A stretch of DNA of 64,000 nt, taken from Bacillota bacterium. Its GTDB lineage: Bacteria; Bacillota; DTU014. Below the pieces are notes generated by a model. The model saw only the letters and a program-made list of their open reading frames with translations, ran no database searches and was not told the origin of the DNA. Below, piece by piece: positions 8,016 to 17,229 of the stretch. The position numbers and the translations under genes are program-made. How positions within the stretch are numbered: position 1 is the stretch's first letter; the number at the start of each line of letters is the position of its first letter. The DNA lies in contig JAAYAB010000034.1 of the NCBI GenBank assembly GCA_012719595.1, forward strand, positions 32,902 to 96,901, given 5' to 3'.

Positions 8016-8585
8016 ATGGAAGCATTCACCTCAGCTCTACTGATGATAACCCTCGCGGAAATGGGAGACAAAACGCAGCTGATGGCTCTGGCGCTTGCCA
8101 GCAGATATCCTGTGGTGCAAGTGATCCTGGGAGTGTGCCTTGGCATCTTGACGACTAATCTCGTGGCCGTGGCAGGTGGAACGATCATTGGCGAGGCGCT
8201 CCCTGTGACGCTGGTGCGGCTTGTGTCAGGCGTGGCCTTTCTTGGTTTCGCAGCGTGGACTCTGCGTGACCGGTGCAAGGACGAAGCATGCACCGTCAAC
8301 GACAGGCTCCCCTGCTTCCTGGCAGTCGGGAGTGCGTTCTTCCTGGCAGAGCTCGGCGACAAGACTCAACTCACTGCCCTCGCACTCGCAGCCGACTCAG
8401 GTGAGTTCCTCTCCGTATGGGCTGGGTCGAGTCTGGGCATGGGGCTCGCGGCCGCGCTGGCAATCGCCATAGGGACGCTCGCACATCGGCGTCTGCCTGA
8501 GCGGGCAGTCAAATGGGTGTCAGCGGGTGTCTTCGCCCTGTTCGGAGTACTGGCCATCGCCGATGGTCTGACCGATCTGCTCTGA
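8016..8585 (+). CDS. UPF0016 (GDT1/TMEM165/MneA-like) putative Mn2+/Ca2+ cation transporter
   Basis: Two E-x-G-D-K-T motifs (AEMGDKTQL, AELGDKTQL) in a membrane protein. ATG at 8016 follows TGGGGGG. Upstream ORF-track residues lie before the promoter. Confidence 0.8.
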   Translation: MEAFTSALLMITLAEMGDKTQLMALALASRYPVVQVILGVCLGILTTNLVAVAGGTIIGEALPVTLVRLVSGVAFLGFAAWTLRDRCKDEACTVNDRLPCFLAVGSAFFLAELGDKTQLTALALAADSGEFLSVWAGSSLGMGLAAALAIAIGTLAHRRLPERAVKWVSAGVFALFGVLAIADGLTDLL

Positions 8586-8834
8586 CTCCTCTGATGGTTC
8601 GCAGCCTGCGGGCTCACGCCGGATGTCCGCCAGGATCTCAAGGATTTCCTCCTTGTAGTCTGCCGGAGCGTACACTGCGCCCCAGCCCTTCTGGACCTGG
8701 TATATCCCATCATAGGCTGAATCACGGTAAGACCTGAGCGTGTGAGGGATTGACCTCTCAACCAACACCGAACCGAGCAGCCCTGCCTCGATCTCGTTCT
8801 CGATGGTTGCCACCTTCACTGTCTCGCCCGACAT
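8520..8834 (-). CDS. DUF2007-like small protein (putative signal-transducing protein)
   Basis: The pattern VKVATIENEIEAGLLGSVLVERSIP...DGIYQV...AVYAPADYKEEILEILADIRR fits the DUF2007 fold. ATG lies 9 nt after AAGGAGG. The C-terminal tail overlaps the convergent UPF0016 gene by 65 nt. Confidence 0.5.
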   Translation of the reverse strand: MSGETVKVATIENEIEAGLLGSVLVERSIPHTLRSYRDSAYDGIYQVQKGWGAVYAPADYKEEILEILADIRREPAGCEPSEESEQIGQTIGDGQYSEQGEDTR

Positions 8835-8950
8835 CGGCTTCACCCTCCTTGAGCAGTCCGAGAACTCCTAACGCACTTAGTATCTGGTACGGAGCACGGT
8901 GTATCTGCCACTCCTCGTGTCGCCGGAGACTATACCAGTTACACACTTGC

Positions 8951-8988
8951 GAAAGACAAAGGGCCCGGCCTTCGTAAAGCCGGGCCTC
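8951..8988 (-). terminator. Rho-independent terminator downstream of the toxin gene
   Basis: Minus strand reads GGCCCGGC-UUUACGAAG-GCCGGGCC followed by UUUGUCUUUC. Confidence 0.6.
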
Positions 8989-9007
8989 AAATAGTTGCCC
9001 GTTTCTC

Positions 9008-9442
9008 TCAGTCATCTGATGCCCCGAAGATCTCCAGGATTGCTTGCATGATCTCTGCTTGCTTGGAGTCGGACAGCACTCCTAGGTAGTCGCCGAGGTC
9101 AGCGCGTAGAATCGGTTGCATCAGTTTGAGTCGAATAAGTACAGGCTTGCTTATGGCTTTTTCTTCTTCGGGAAAGAGCTCAATGTCATGACGACGCTTG
9201 ACATCAGTCCGACTAGTTAACGGAGCAACCAAGACTGTAGGGAACGTCGTGTAGTTCGTACGATCATTTTGCACAATCACGACCCGCCTGTGATCATGAT
9301 AAGTCCTTGTGCCCCTAACCCTATCGGCATCTGGTATGCTGATCAGGCGGTCGCTGACCAAATACACCTGTCCAAACTCAACTTCCCTATTGACGAAGAT
9401 AGCTGCCGGAAACGGATACGGTTCTAGTTCTGGAGAAGGCAT
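9008..9442 (-). CDS. MazF/PemK-family type II toxin (endoribonuclease-like)
   Basis: GQVYLVS...RRVVIVQND...TVLVAPLTS pattern of PemK/MazF. ATG follows GGAGGG. Its start overlaps the stop of the upstream antitoxin gene by 19 nt. Confidence 0.65.
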   Translation of the reverse strand: MPSPELEPYPFPAAIFVNREVEFGQVYLVSDRLISIPDADRVRGTRTYHDHRRVVIVQNDRTNYTTFPTVLVAPLTSRTDVKRRHDIELFPEEEKAISKPVLIRLKLMQPILRADLGDYLGVLSDSKQAEIMQAILEIFGASDD

Positions 9443-10068
9443 TCTGTAGCCCTCCGCCGAAGGTCTTCGAACTCTCTGTAGGTCTCAAGGAGTGCCGCGA
9501 AATACTCCTCATCAGAGCCTCGATCTGGGCTGGCATCCAAGCGGCACTTAGCAGCGGCAAGTTCGCCTCTGGTAAACTTCTTCGGGGTCTTGCCCTTTTC
9601 CATATTGATCCTCCTGGGAAGAACAGTGTATCCTAATTCTGCCTCTTCAGCAAGGATCTCATCCATGGGGGGAGTAGAATACGCAAGTTCTTTTATCTGC
9701 TTCAGGCTCAGTCTTGACGTGGCGTCTACTAGAGCAAGAGCCGTCCTCTTTTCCCACTCGGGCAAATCATACTGAGCTGCTCGGGAGGAATCTGAAATGA
9801 CATACTCGTACAGTATGCAATCTGAGTCGATATCATGACGAGTGCAGCTAATCACACCAGTCGAACAAAGGAATTCGGCTTCCTCAAGGATGGACGGAGA
9901 AAAAGGGCCGTATTTGTCGCGAACGAAGCTCACTTCGCTGTACTGGCGCCCCCGGATTTGGACTTGCTGATACTCAAACAGGTATATCAACTTGACGAGT
10001 TCGGTTCGGGTTACGAATCGTGGGAAGTGACGGATGAAGAATACGATAAGATTCCTCAGCTTCTCCAT
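9424..10068 (-). CDS. Panacea (SocA/DUF4065)-domain antitoxin
   Basis: N-terminal TRTELVKLIYLFEYQ...GRQYSEVSFVRDKYGPFSPSI matches the Panacea-domain consensus (KLQKLLY...G.P...Y.AW.YGPV). SD GGAGAAG. Local GC (about 50%) is lower than its neighbours. Confidence 0.6.
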   Translation of the reverse strand: MEKLRNLIVFFIRHFPRFVTRTELVKLIYLFEYQQVQIRGRQYSEVSFVRDKYGPFSPSILEEAEFLCSTGVISCTRHDIDSDCILYEYVISDSSRAAQYDLPEWEKRTALALVDATSRLSLKQIKELAYSTPPMDEILAEEAELGYTVLPRRINMEKGKTPKKFTRGELAAAKCRLDASPDRGSDEEYFAALLETYREFEDLRRRATECLLQN

Positions 10069-10295
10069 ACCAATCGTCTTCTCCAGTGTTTTCTAGTGGA
10101 GCATTCTACACCATGTTCCAGGAATCCTCCCTTGTCTAGAGTGATTCAGCCCAAGAGGATCCCGTCAGCTCATCGCATGTGCAGAAGCGGCTGACACCTC
10201 AAAATCACCGCAGCCCCACAAAAAAAGAGCTACGAAACCTTGTCCAGCGTTTTCTACCTTGCCGGACGTGCCGTAGCATTAGTCTGTCAATAAGA

Positions 10296-10380
10296 TGGTG
10301 CCCGGGACCGGACTTGAACCGGTACGGGTTGCCCCACACGCCCCTCAAACGTGCGCGTCTGCCAATTCCGCCACCCGGGC
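10296..10380 (-). tRNA. tRNA-Leu (anticodon GAG)
   Basis: 85-nt type II tRNA with acceptor stem GCCCGGG/CCCGGGC, anticodon loop UUGAGGG, long variable arm, T-loop GGUUCAAGUCC, and an encoded CCA. Confidence 0.9.
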
Positions 10381-10459
10381 TAGTCAAGCTATTCAAGCAT
10401 TTGTCAGTCGGCGGACTGACAGATACCATTATAGCTACAGGTATGTGGGTTGTCAACGG

Positions 10460-11425
10460 CTATAGGTCGATGCTCTCCATGGCTTGTCTGATCACGGCGG
10501 CGCTCGCGTGGAAGGCTTCCATCTCGGCGTCAGAGAGCTTGATTTCAAAGGTGCGCAGTATTCCCTCACGCCCGACCAGCGCAGGCACGCTCAGACACAC
10601 TCCGCTGACACCGAGGTAGTCATCGAGCAGAGTAGATACGGTCATCACCGAGCGTTCATCCCGCACCACAGCTTTGACGATCGACTCCATCGCCAGCCCG
10701 ATCGCCCAATGCGTTGCGCCTTTCTTGCCGATCACATGGTAGGCTGCGTTCTTGACTTCGTCGAAAATCGCCTCCTTGACGTGATTAGGGCAAGTTCTGG
10801 GGCAGGCAGGACAGTACTCCGTCAGTCTCATCCCCGCGATATTTGCAAGACTCCATACTGGGACTTCGCTGTCGCCGTGCTCACCGATGATGTACGCATG
10901 GACGTTCCTTGGATCGATCTCACAGTGGCGGCTCAACTGATATCTGAACCTCGCACTGTCGAGTAGCGTACCTGTGCCGATGACCCTGTGGCTGTCGAAA
11001 CCCGAGAGCTTGATGGCTATATGTGTCATCACGTCTACGGGATTGGTCACAATAATCAGGATACAGTGCGGCGCAGCCTCGGCTATTCTCGGGATGATGT
11101 CCTTGAACACGTCTACATTCCTCTTGATAAGGTCCAACCTGGTCTCGCCTGGCTTCTGCGCTGATCCTGCTGTGACGACCACAATATCAGACCCTGCGAG
11201 GTCGTCATAGGATCCGGCGATCACTTCTACCTCCCGCACGAACGGCACTCCGTGACTGAGGTCCATCGCGTGGCCCTCCGCCAGAGACCGATTGGCGTCC
11301 ACCAGGACGATATCCGTTGCGAGTCCAGTGATGATCAAGGCGTACGCAAACGATGACCCCACCATGCCTGAACCGACGACGCCCACCTTTAGACCCTTCT
11401 GAAACACGCCGAATCCCCCCATCAT
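10460..11425 (-). CDS. ldh: L-lactate dehydrogenase
   Basis: GSGMVGSS NAD-binding motif, IGEHGDS catalytic His motif, TNPVDV. An alternative GTG start about 8 codons in. Confidence 0.85.
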   Translation of the reverse strand: MMGGFGVFQKGLKVGVVGSGMVGSSFAYALIITGLATDIVLVDANRSLAEGHAMDLSHGVPFVREVEVIAGSYDDLAGSDIVVVTAGSAQKPGETRLDLIKRNVDVFKDIIPRIAEAAPHCILIIVTNPVDVMTHIAIKLSGFDSHRVIGTGTLLDSARFRYQLSRHCEIDPRNVHAYIIGEHGDSEVPVWSLANIAGMRLTEYCPACPRTCPNHVKEAIFDEVKNAAYHVIGKKGATHWAIGLAMESIVKAVVRDERSVMTVSTLLDDYLGVSGVCLSVPALVGREGILRTFEIKLSDAEMEAFHASAAVIRQAMESIDL

Positions 11426-11545
11426 ATCACCATGGAAGTTGCAACAGTGCGAGTCTGGTGCTATTGTTGTTCCAGGGCGGTCATTGTCCGAGGCGGCCAG
11501 GACCGGCCCATCGGCTGCTGACCGTGCCGAACTCCGCTGGGAACA

Positions 11546-12292
11546 GTGAGCATGTCAATGATGGATCGAGCGACTCAGTACCTCAGGAAGCACTTCTGGC
11601 AACCGATCACCAAAGCAATCAAGCGGTTCAACCTGATTCAGGACGGCGACCGGATAGGCGTGGGTCTGTCCGGAGGCGTAGACAGCGCTGCTCTGCTGTT
11701 CGCCCTTTCCTCGCTGCGCAAGCGCGCACCCGTTTCCTTCGAGGTGGTCGGCCTCCACGTTGACGCCGGCTACGGCGTTGACGCCCGAATGCTGGAGACC
11801 CTGTGCAGCCTGGCGGAAGTGGAACTCCATGTCGCGCAGGCGCCGATCGCAAAGGTGCTTGAGGCGCGCTCTGCGGATACGAGTCCATGCTCGCTGTGCG
11901 CGAATCTACGCCGCGGCGCGCTCAATACCCTCGCCAAATCCAAGGGGTGCAACAAAACCGCTCTCGGCCACCATTCAGACGACGCTCTAGAGACGCTCCT
12001 GCTCTGCATGATGTACGAATGCAGAATTGCGACATTGAAGCCCTTGTCGTACCTGGACCGGACGGGCATCACTCTTATCCGGCCGCTCATTCTGGTGCGC
12101 AAGGAGGCGATCCAGAGAGCCGCCAGTCACTATGGGCTCCCGTGGGTCGCCAACCAGTGCCCCTACGAGGGCAAATCCAAACGCGCCACTGTCAGAGGGC
12201 TTATCAATCACATCGACACGATCGAGCCCGGTGCAAAGGCAAGGCTGATGGCGTCTCTGCTCAACGTCGACGTGGACAGCCTATGGACGTGA
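11546..12292 (+). CDS. ttcA: PP-loop ATPase, tRNA 2-thiocytidine synthetase TtcA-like
   Basis: GLSGGVDS PP-loop, CSLCANLRRG, and C-terminal CPYEGKSKR. Confidence 0.7.
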   Translation: MSMSMMDRATQYLRKHFWQPITKAIKRFNLIQDGDRIGVGLSGGVDSAALLFALSSLRKRAPVSFEVVGLHVDAGYGVDARMLETLCSLAEVELHVAQAPIAKVLEARSADTSPCSLCANLRRGALNTLAKSKGCNKTALGHHSDDALETLLLCMMYECRIATLKPLSYLDRTGITLIRPLILVRKEAIQRAASHYGLPWVANQCPYEGKSKRATVRGLINHIDTIEPGAKARLMASLLNVDVDSLWT

Positions 12293-12319
12293 CGTGGATG
12301 CCACAGATATCGGCAGCGA

Positions 12320-12511
12320 CTAGTCCTGAACGCTTATGGCATCAGTCGGGCACCCGTCTGCCGCTTCCTGGACGTCCGCCTCGAGTTCCTCGGGAACCTC
12401 GTCATCGATGGCCTCTGCCTTGTCATCATCGTCCCAGCTGAAGACGTCAGGACATGTCTGAACGCACAGGCCGCAGCTGATGCACAGGTCCTTATCGACA
12501 AATGCCTTCAT
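12320..12511 (-). CDS. 4Fe-4S ferredoxin (single cluster, acidic C-terminal tail)
   Basis: MKAFVDKDLCISCGLCVQTCP...CPTDAI. ATG at 12511 follows GAGGAGG. The ORF-track extension was rejected. Confidence 0.8.
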   Translation of the reverse strand: MKAFVDKDLCISCGLCVQTCPDVFSWDDDDKAEAIDDEVPEELEADVQEAADGCPTDAISVQD

Positions 12512-12551
12512 AGGATCAACCTCCTCTGGGTCCGTTAGGTTATTCTCTCCT

Positions 12552-12585
12552 GACCGCCCAGGCGTATTCTTGGCGGTCAGGGAGT
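12552..12585. repeat. Perfect 9-bp inverted repeat CTGACCGCC-N12-GGCGGTCAG in the ferredoxin/polX divergent region
   Basis: Seen directly in sequence. Could be a hairpin or a palindromic operator. Confidence 0.4.
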
Positions 12586-12709
12586 CTGTTTCTCCCTCGC
12601 CTCGCCGATGTCCTGCACGCCACAAATGATTCACCCGTCGGGCAGTGGCAGGTGTTAGGTCTCATGTGCCGAAAGAAACCGTGACTCACTCTCATACAGG
12701 AGCGGACCG

Positions 12710-14503
12710 TTGAGCATCAGTAACAGAGACATAGCAGATATTCTCGAGAGCATAGCTGTAGCACTGGAGCTTCTGAGCGACAATCCGTTCAGAGCGAGGG
12801 CGTACTCCTCAGCCGCTCGCGTTGTGTCGTCGTACAAGGATCCGGTTGACCAGCTGGCTCGCGAGGGCAGGCTCGCAGAGATCAAGGGCGTAGGCTCGTC
12901 GGTGGCGGCGTCGATCAGTGACATCGTTGAGACAGGCACTTCTGCTCTCCTCAGCGAGCTGCTAAACGAGATACCGCCTGACGTGTGGCGGATGCTGTCA
13001 ATCCCGGGGCTGGGCCCGAAGCGCGTGAAGAAGCTCTGGCGTGAGCTCGGGGTAGACACACTCGACGAGCTTGGCGACGCTTGCAAACAGGGCCGGCTGC
13101 TGTCGCTAGAGGGGTTCGGCGAGAAGCTGCAGTCGAGCATCAGGAACGGCATAGAGACGCTGCGCAGGAACGAAGGCCGTCTGCTGCTCAGTGCAGCTCT
13201 GCAGATCGCAGATGAGTTCATTGAAAACCTTGCCGCCAATCTGTCCAGTCACGGTCCAGGCCTCGCGCGCACAGACTCAGCGCACACAGACTCCCCCGAC
13301 ATATCGCTAGAAATTGTCGGAGCGGTCCGCCGCAGGTGTGAGACCGTCGACGCAATCGAGATCCTGGCCGGTGCCGCTGACCCAGACAGAGCGGCCGACA
13401 TCGCCCGGGCATTCGAGAAGGTCGCCGACGGCCCGGTCCAACCTGCTGATATGCCTGACTGCGAACGGATAGGCTGTGCCGGCCGCAGCGATTTGACCTA
13501 CAGCGCTTCGGCGGGATTCAAGGGTGCGCGGGTCGTCATCCACGTTCGGCCTCCCAGCATTTCTGCACAGAGTCTGTTTCTTCTGACCGGCAGTCAGGGT
13601 CATGTAGATGCTTGCCTCAGGCTCTCGCCTGAAGCGCTCTCCGCTGATCGTGAGTTCGCCGGTGAAGAGGAGATCTACTCTGCACTGGGCCTCACCTATG
13701 TCCCGCCAGAGATGCGGGAGGACAGGGGTGAAATCGAACTTGCAGCGCAAGGCAAGCTTCCCCGGCTTCTGGAGGAATCGGACATCAAAGGCATCCTGCA
13801 CATTCACACGAACTACAGCGATGGCAGCAATACCATAGAGGATATTGCGAGATACTGCCTCGAGCAAGGATACGAGTACGTGGGTATAGCCGATCACAGC
13901 CGCAGCGCGTTCTACGCCGACGGCCTGTCCGAGTCGGACCTTCGAAAACAGCATGACGAGATATTGGAGGTCCAGTCAAGGCTCACGGGCATCAAGATAC
14001 TGCACGGGATTGAATCTGACATCCTGGCGGACGGAAACCTCGACTACGATGACGATACGTTGGCCATACTCGATTTCGTAATCGGCTCTGTTCACAGCAG
14101 ATTTTCCATGTCTCGTGACGACATGACGGCCAGGGTGATCAGTGCAATACGAAACCCGTATCTGTCGATACTCGGCCACCCGACCGGACGCCTGCTCCTA
14201 AGCAGAGAACCCTATCAGATAGATCTCGCGGCAGTGCTGGAAGCGCTGGCCGAAGAGGGCAAGGCTGTCGAGCTGAACGCAGACCCGCACAGACTGGACC
14301 TCGACTGGCGCAACTGCATTGTTGCCAAGCGCTTGGGAATCCCGGTTTCGATCAACCCTGACGCACACGATACCAGGGGCATAGAGAACTTTCGGTACGG
14401 AGTGGCGATCGGACGAAAGGGCTGGCTGTCGACGGCCGATGTCCTAAACTGCCTGACGGCTTGTGATATCATCGAAAAGCTCAGATCAATGCGAAGCTCA
14501 TAG
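12710..14503 (+). CDS. polX: PolX-family DNA polymerase/3'-5' exonuclease (Pol-beta-like N-terminus, PHP domain C-terminus)
   Basis: HhH IPGLGPKRVKKLW, GAVRRRCE Pol-beta thumb motif, PHP HIHTNYSDGS...GIADHS. TTG start after CAGGAGCGG. Confidence 0.85.
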   Translation: MSISNRDIADILESIAVALELLSDNPFRARAYSSAARVVSSYKDPVDQLAREGRLAEIKGVGSSVAASISDIVETGTSALLSELLNEIPPDVWRMLSIPGLGPKRVKKLWRELGVDTLDELGDACKQGRLLSLEGFGEKLQSSIRNGIETLRRNEGRLLLSAALQIADEFIENLAANLSSHGPGLARTDSAHTDSPDISLEIVGAVRRRCETVDAIEILAGAADPDRAADIARAFEKVADGPVQPADMPDCERIGCAGRSDLTYSASAGFKGARVVIHVRPPSISAQSLFLLTGSQGHVDACLRLSPEALSADREFAGEEEIYSALGLTYVPPEMREDRGEIELAAQGKLPRLLEESDIKGILHIHTNYSDGSNTIEDIARYCLEQGYEYVGIADHSRSAFYADGLSESDLRKQHDEILEVQSRLTGIKILHGIESDILADGNLDYDDDTLAILDFVIGSVHSRFSMSRDDMTARVISAIRNPYLSILGHPTGRLLLSREPYQIDLAAVLEALAEEGKAVELNADPHRLDLDWRNCIVAKRLGIPVSINPDAHDTRGIENFRYGVAIGRKGWLSTADVLNCLTACDIIEKLRSMRSS

Positions 14504-14543
14504 CTTCAACAGTGCACTCGACCATGAGGAGGCGGCTAGCACG

Positions 14544-15206
14544 ATGTCAGACAAGACTGGCCTGAGGAAGTCTCAAAGCAGACAAGCACTTGAGATATAC
14601 AGGCGGCTGAAGGACGAATACCCCAACACGAGGATTGCGCTGGACTTCAGGACGCCGTTTGAGATACTCGTTGCGACCATACTCTCAGCTCAGTGTACGG
14701 ACAAGCGGGTGAATCAGATAACTCCCGCGCTCTTTCGCAGGTTCCGCACCCCCGATGAAATGGCGGAGGCTGACATCGACGAGATTGAGAACATGATCAA
14801 ATCCGCGGGCATGTACCGGACCAAGGCGAGAAACCTGAAGAACGCAGCTGCTCAGCTTCGCGACAGGTTCGGTTCGAAGGTCCCCGAGGACCTCGAGTCG
14901 CTTCAGTCGCTGCCGGGCGTAGGCCGGAAGACGGCAAATGTGATTCTGAACAACGCGTTCGGCATCCCTTCAGGAATCGCCGTGGATACACACGTAAAGC
15001 GCCTTTCGGCCAGGCTGGGATTGACGTCGAACAAAGATCCTCTGAAGATAGAGGCAGACCTGAAGCAGCTGCTGCCCAAAGATGCCTGGATCGAGATCTC
15101 TCTCATGCTGATAAGGCATGGCCGGACGATCTGCACTGCCCGCAAGCCGAAGTGCCAAGCGTGCATCCTTCTTGATATCTGCGAATACGGGAAATCCCAG
15201 GTGTAG
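14544..15206 (+). CDS. nth: Endonuclease III
   Basis: HhH-GPD LPGVGRKTANVILN and C-x6-C-x2-C-x5-C Fe-S cluster. ATG at 14544 follows GAGGAGG. Confidence 0.85.
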   Translation: MSDKTGLRKSQSRQALEIYRRLKDEYPNTRIALDFRTPFEILVATILSAQCTDKRVNQITPALFRRFRTPDEMAEADIDEIENMIKSAGMYRTKARNLKNAAAQLRDRFGSKVPEDLESLQSLPGVGRKTANVILNNAFGIPSGIAVDTHVKRLSARLGLTSNKDPLKIEADLKQLLPKDAWIEISLMLIRHGRTICTARKPKCQACILLDICEYGKSQV

Positions 15207-15213
15207 GCCTAAG

Positions 15214-17202
15214 TCATGAGCATTCGTTGAGGTATCGAACTCTCTCCTCCATCTCCTGCACTTCGGACTCCAGTCTCTCGAGTTCCTGGTAGAGGGACTC
15301 CCACTCCTGAATAAGGCGTTCCAGCTCTCGCTGCGCCTCCGACAGACGTTCGGTCGTCTCGAGAGAGCGCTCGGGATCGCCGTATACGGAGGGTTGCGAG
15401 AGTTCTTCCGTCAGGTGTTCGACCTCCCGCTCCTGCTGAGAGACTGCGCTCTCGGCGTTGACGAGACGCTCCCGGGCTCTGGACAGCTCCGCCCGCTTTG
15501 ATCGAAGCGCCTTCTGCGCTTCGTATGGACTGTCGGCCGATTTCGTGTCTCTCGTTTCTTCGATTGGTCGCCGGTCAGTGGCAGCGCCGGGTTCAACCCT
15601 TGAAGCTCTTTTCTCCAGGTAGTAGCTGTATCCGCCGTGGTAATCAACCAGTTCTCCGTCAACCAGCTCGATGATTCGCCCAGCCATCTTCTCCACGAAG
15701 TACCGGTCGTGTGTGACGAACAGCAGTGTCCCGTCGAAGTCGCTCAGCGCAGCCTCGAGAGCTTCGATCGCAGGTATGTCCAGGTGATTGGTCGGCTCAT
15801 CAAGCAGGATCAGATTGGGGTTTCGAGCCAGCACTATTGCCAGCCTAAGCCTGCTCCGCTCTCCGCCGGACAAATCGCTCGCCAGCTTGTAGACGTCATC
15901 GCCTCTGAATAGAAACGCCGCAAGCAGGTTTCTCGCCTCACCGGGCGTCATGCCTGTGGAGTCTATGAAGTTCGTCAGCACATCACGGTCAGGTCTCAGA
16001 TCCCGGGGTTCCTGATCATAGTAACCAAGCTCCACACCCGTTCCGTACCTAACAGAGCCGCTGTCGGGCTTCATCCTGCCGGCGAGTATTCGCAGGAACG
16101 TCGACTTCCCTGAGCCGTTCGGACCGAGCACAGCGACTCGATCGCCCCTCATCAGCCGCAGTCCCGCGTTGCGAAGGACGGTCCTGGCCCCAAACGACTT
16201 GCATATGCCCTCGGCCAGCAGCACCTGTTCTCCACTTCTGCGGCCCGCCACCCTCACGTGCATTGAGTCCTGTATTTCGGGCTTTTCTACTCGCTCGATC
16301 TTCTCGAGCAGTTTGGCCTTGCTCTTGGCCTTCTTGTGGAAGTTGAGGCCGTACTGCATGAACCGGTCGATGATCTCCTGGCGCCTCTCGATCTCGCGCT
16401 GCTGGAGTTCCCATTCCTTCAGCTGGCGGGACAGCAGTTCGCTCTTAAGCTGCACATACTTGGTGTAATTGCCGGGGAAGGAGTTTGCCACGCCTCTGTC
16501 TATTTCCACGATCTTGCTGACGACCCGATCGAGGAAGTAGCGATCGTGTGAGACGAGTAAGACAGACCCCTTGTACCTGGCCAGAAACGACTCAAGCCAC
16601 TCAACAGAGGAGACATCGAGGTGGTTGGTGGGTTCGTCGAGGAGGAGCAAGTCGGGCTCAGTGAGCAGGAGCTTGGCCAGGCTCAGGCGCGCCTTCTCTC
16701 CGCCGCTCAGGCTGGAGACATGCTGAGTCAGTCTGCTCTCGCCCAACCCAAGGCCTGAGAGCACCGCCTTGGTCTGGCTGCGAAAACGGTACCCCCCGGC
16801 AGACTCAAACCGCTCTTCGAGCGACGCGAGCCGCCGGGCGAGGTCATGCGTGTCCTGAGACTCGCTTCCTTTGGAAGAACCGGAGATGGCCTCGGCCAGC
16901 TCGGCGATCTCGCGTTCCATGTCAATAAGGTGGGCAAAGACGGAGAGAGCCTCTTCGTAGACGGTAACGCGTTCGGTCAGCAACAGGCCTTGACTCAGAT
17001 ACCCTATGGACAGCCCCCTGCTGCAGATCACAGTGCCCGAGTCTGTCTGAGTTACACCTGATACGATATTGAGCACCGTCGTCTTCCCGGATCCGTTTCT
17101 CCCGATCAGGCCGACCTTCTCGCCGTCGGCGACCTGAAAACTCACATCTCTCAGCACTACCTGCGTGCCACAGGTCTTCTGAAGGTGCTGAACGTCGAGC
17201 AC
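15214..17202 (-). CDS. ABC-F family ATPase (tandem ABC domains plus C-terminal coiled coil, Uup/EttA-like translation factor)
   Basis: Two Walker A motifs (GRNGSGKTT, GPNGSGKST), two LSGGE signatures, and a long coiled-coil tail. Confidence 0.85.
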   Translation of the reverse strand: MLDVQHLQKTCGTQVVLRDVSFQVADGEKVGLIGRNGSGKTTVLNIVSGVTQTDSGTVICSRGLSIGYLSQGLLLTERVTVYEEALSVFAHLIDMEREIAELAEAISGSSKGSESQDTHDLARRLASLEERFESAGGYRFRSQTKAVLSGLGLGESRLTQHVSSLSGGEKARLSLAKLLLTEPDLLLLDEPTNHLDVSSVEWLESFLARYKGSVLLVSHDRYFLDRVVSKIVEIDRGVANSFPGNYTKYVQLKSELLSRQLKEWELQQREIERRQEIIDRFMQYGLNFHKKAKSKAKLLEKIERVEKPEIQDSMHVRVAGRRSGEQVLLAEGICKSFGARTVLRNAGLRLMRGDRVAVLGPNGSGKSTFLRILAGRMKPDSGSVRYGTGVELGYYDQEPRDLRPDRDVLTNFIDSTGMTPGEARNLLAAFLFRGDDVYKLASDLSGGERSRLRLAIVLARNPNLILLDEPTNHLDIPAIEALEAALSDFDGTLLFVTHDRYFVEKMAGRIIELVDGELVDYHGGYSYYLEKRASRVEPGAATDRRPIEETRDTKSADSPYEAQKALRSKRAELSRARERLVNAESAVSQQEREVEHLTEELSQPSVYGDPERSLETTERLSEAQRELERLIQEWESLYQELERLESEVQEMEERVRYLNECS

Positions 17203-17229
17203 TGCTGCATGTCTCCTCGGAGCGCAACG

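Noticed and set aside
8758-9015. 85-aa minus-strand ORF between the DUF2007 gene and the toxin gene
   Set aside because: Overlaps the DUF2007 start region and the terminator hairpin. No SD. Likely spurious.
10179-10619. ORFs on both strands (10179-10619 plus, 10205-10456 minus) covering the tRNA-Leu locus
   Set aside because: They overlap a clear 85-nt tRNA with a perfect cloverleaf. There is no coding signal.
12655-13239. 194-aa minus-strand ORF inside polX
   Set aside because: Serine/proline-rich antisense ORF typical of GC-rich shadow frames.
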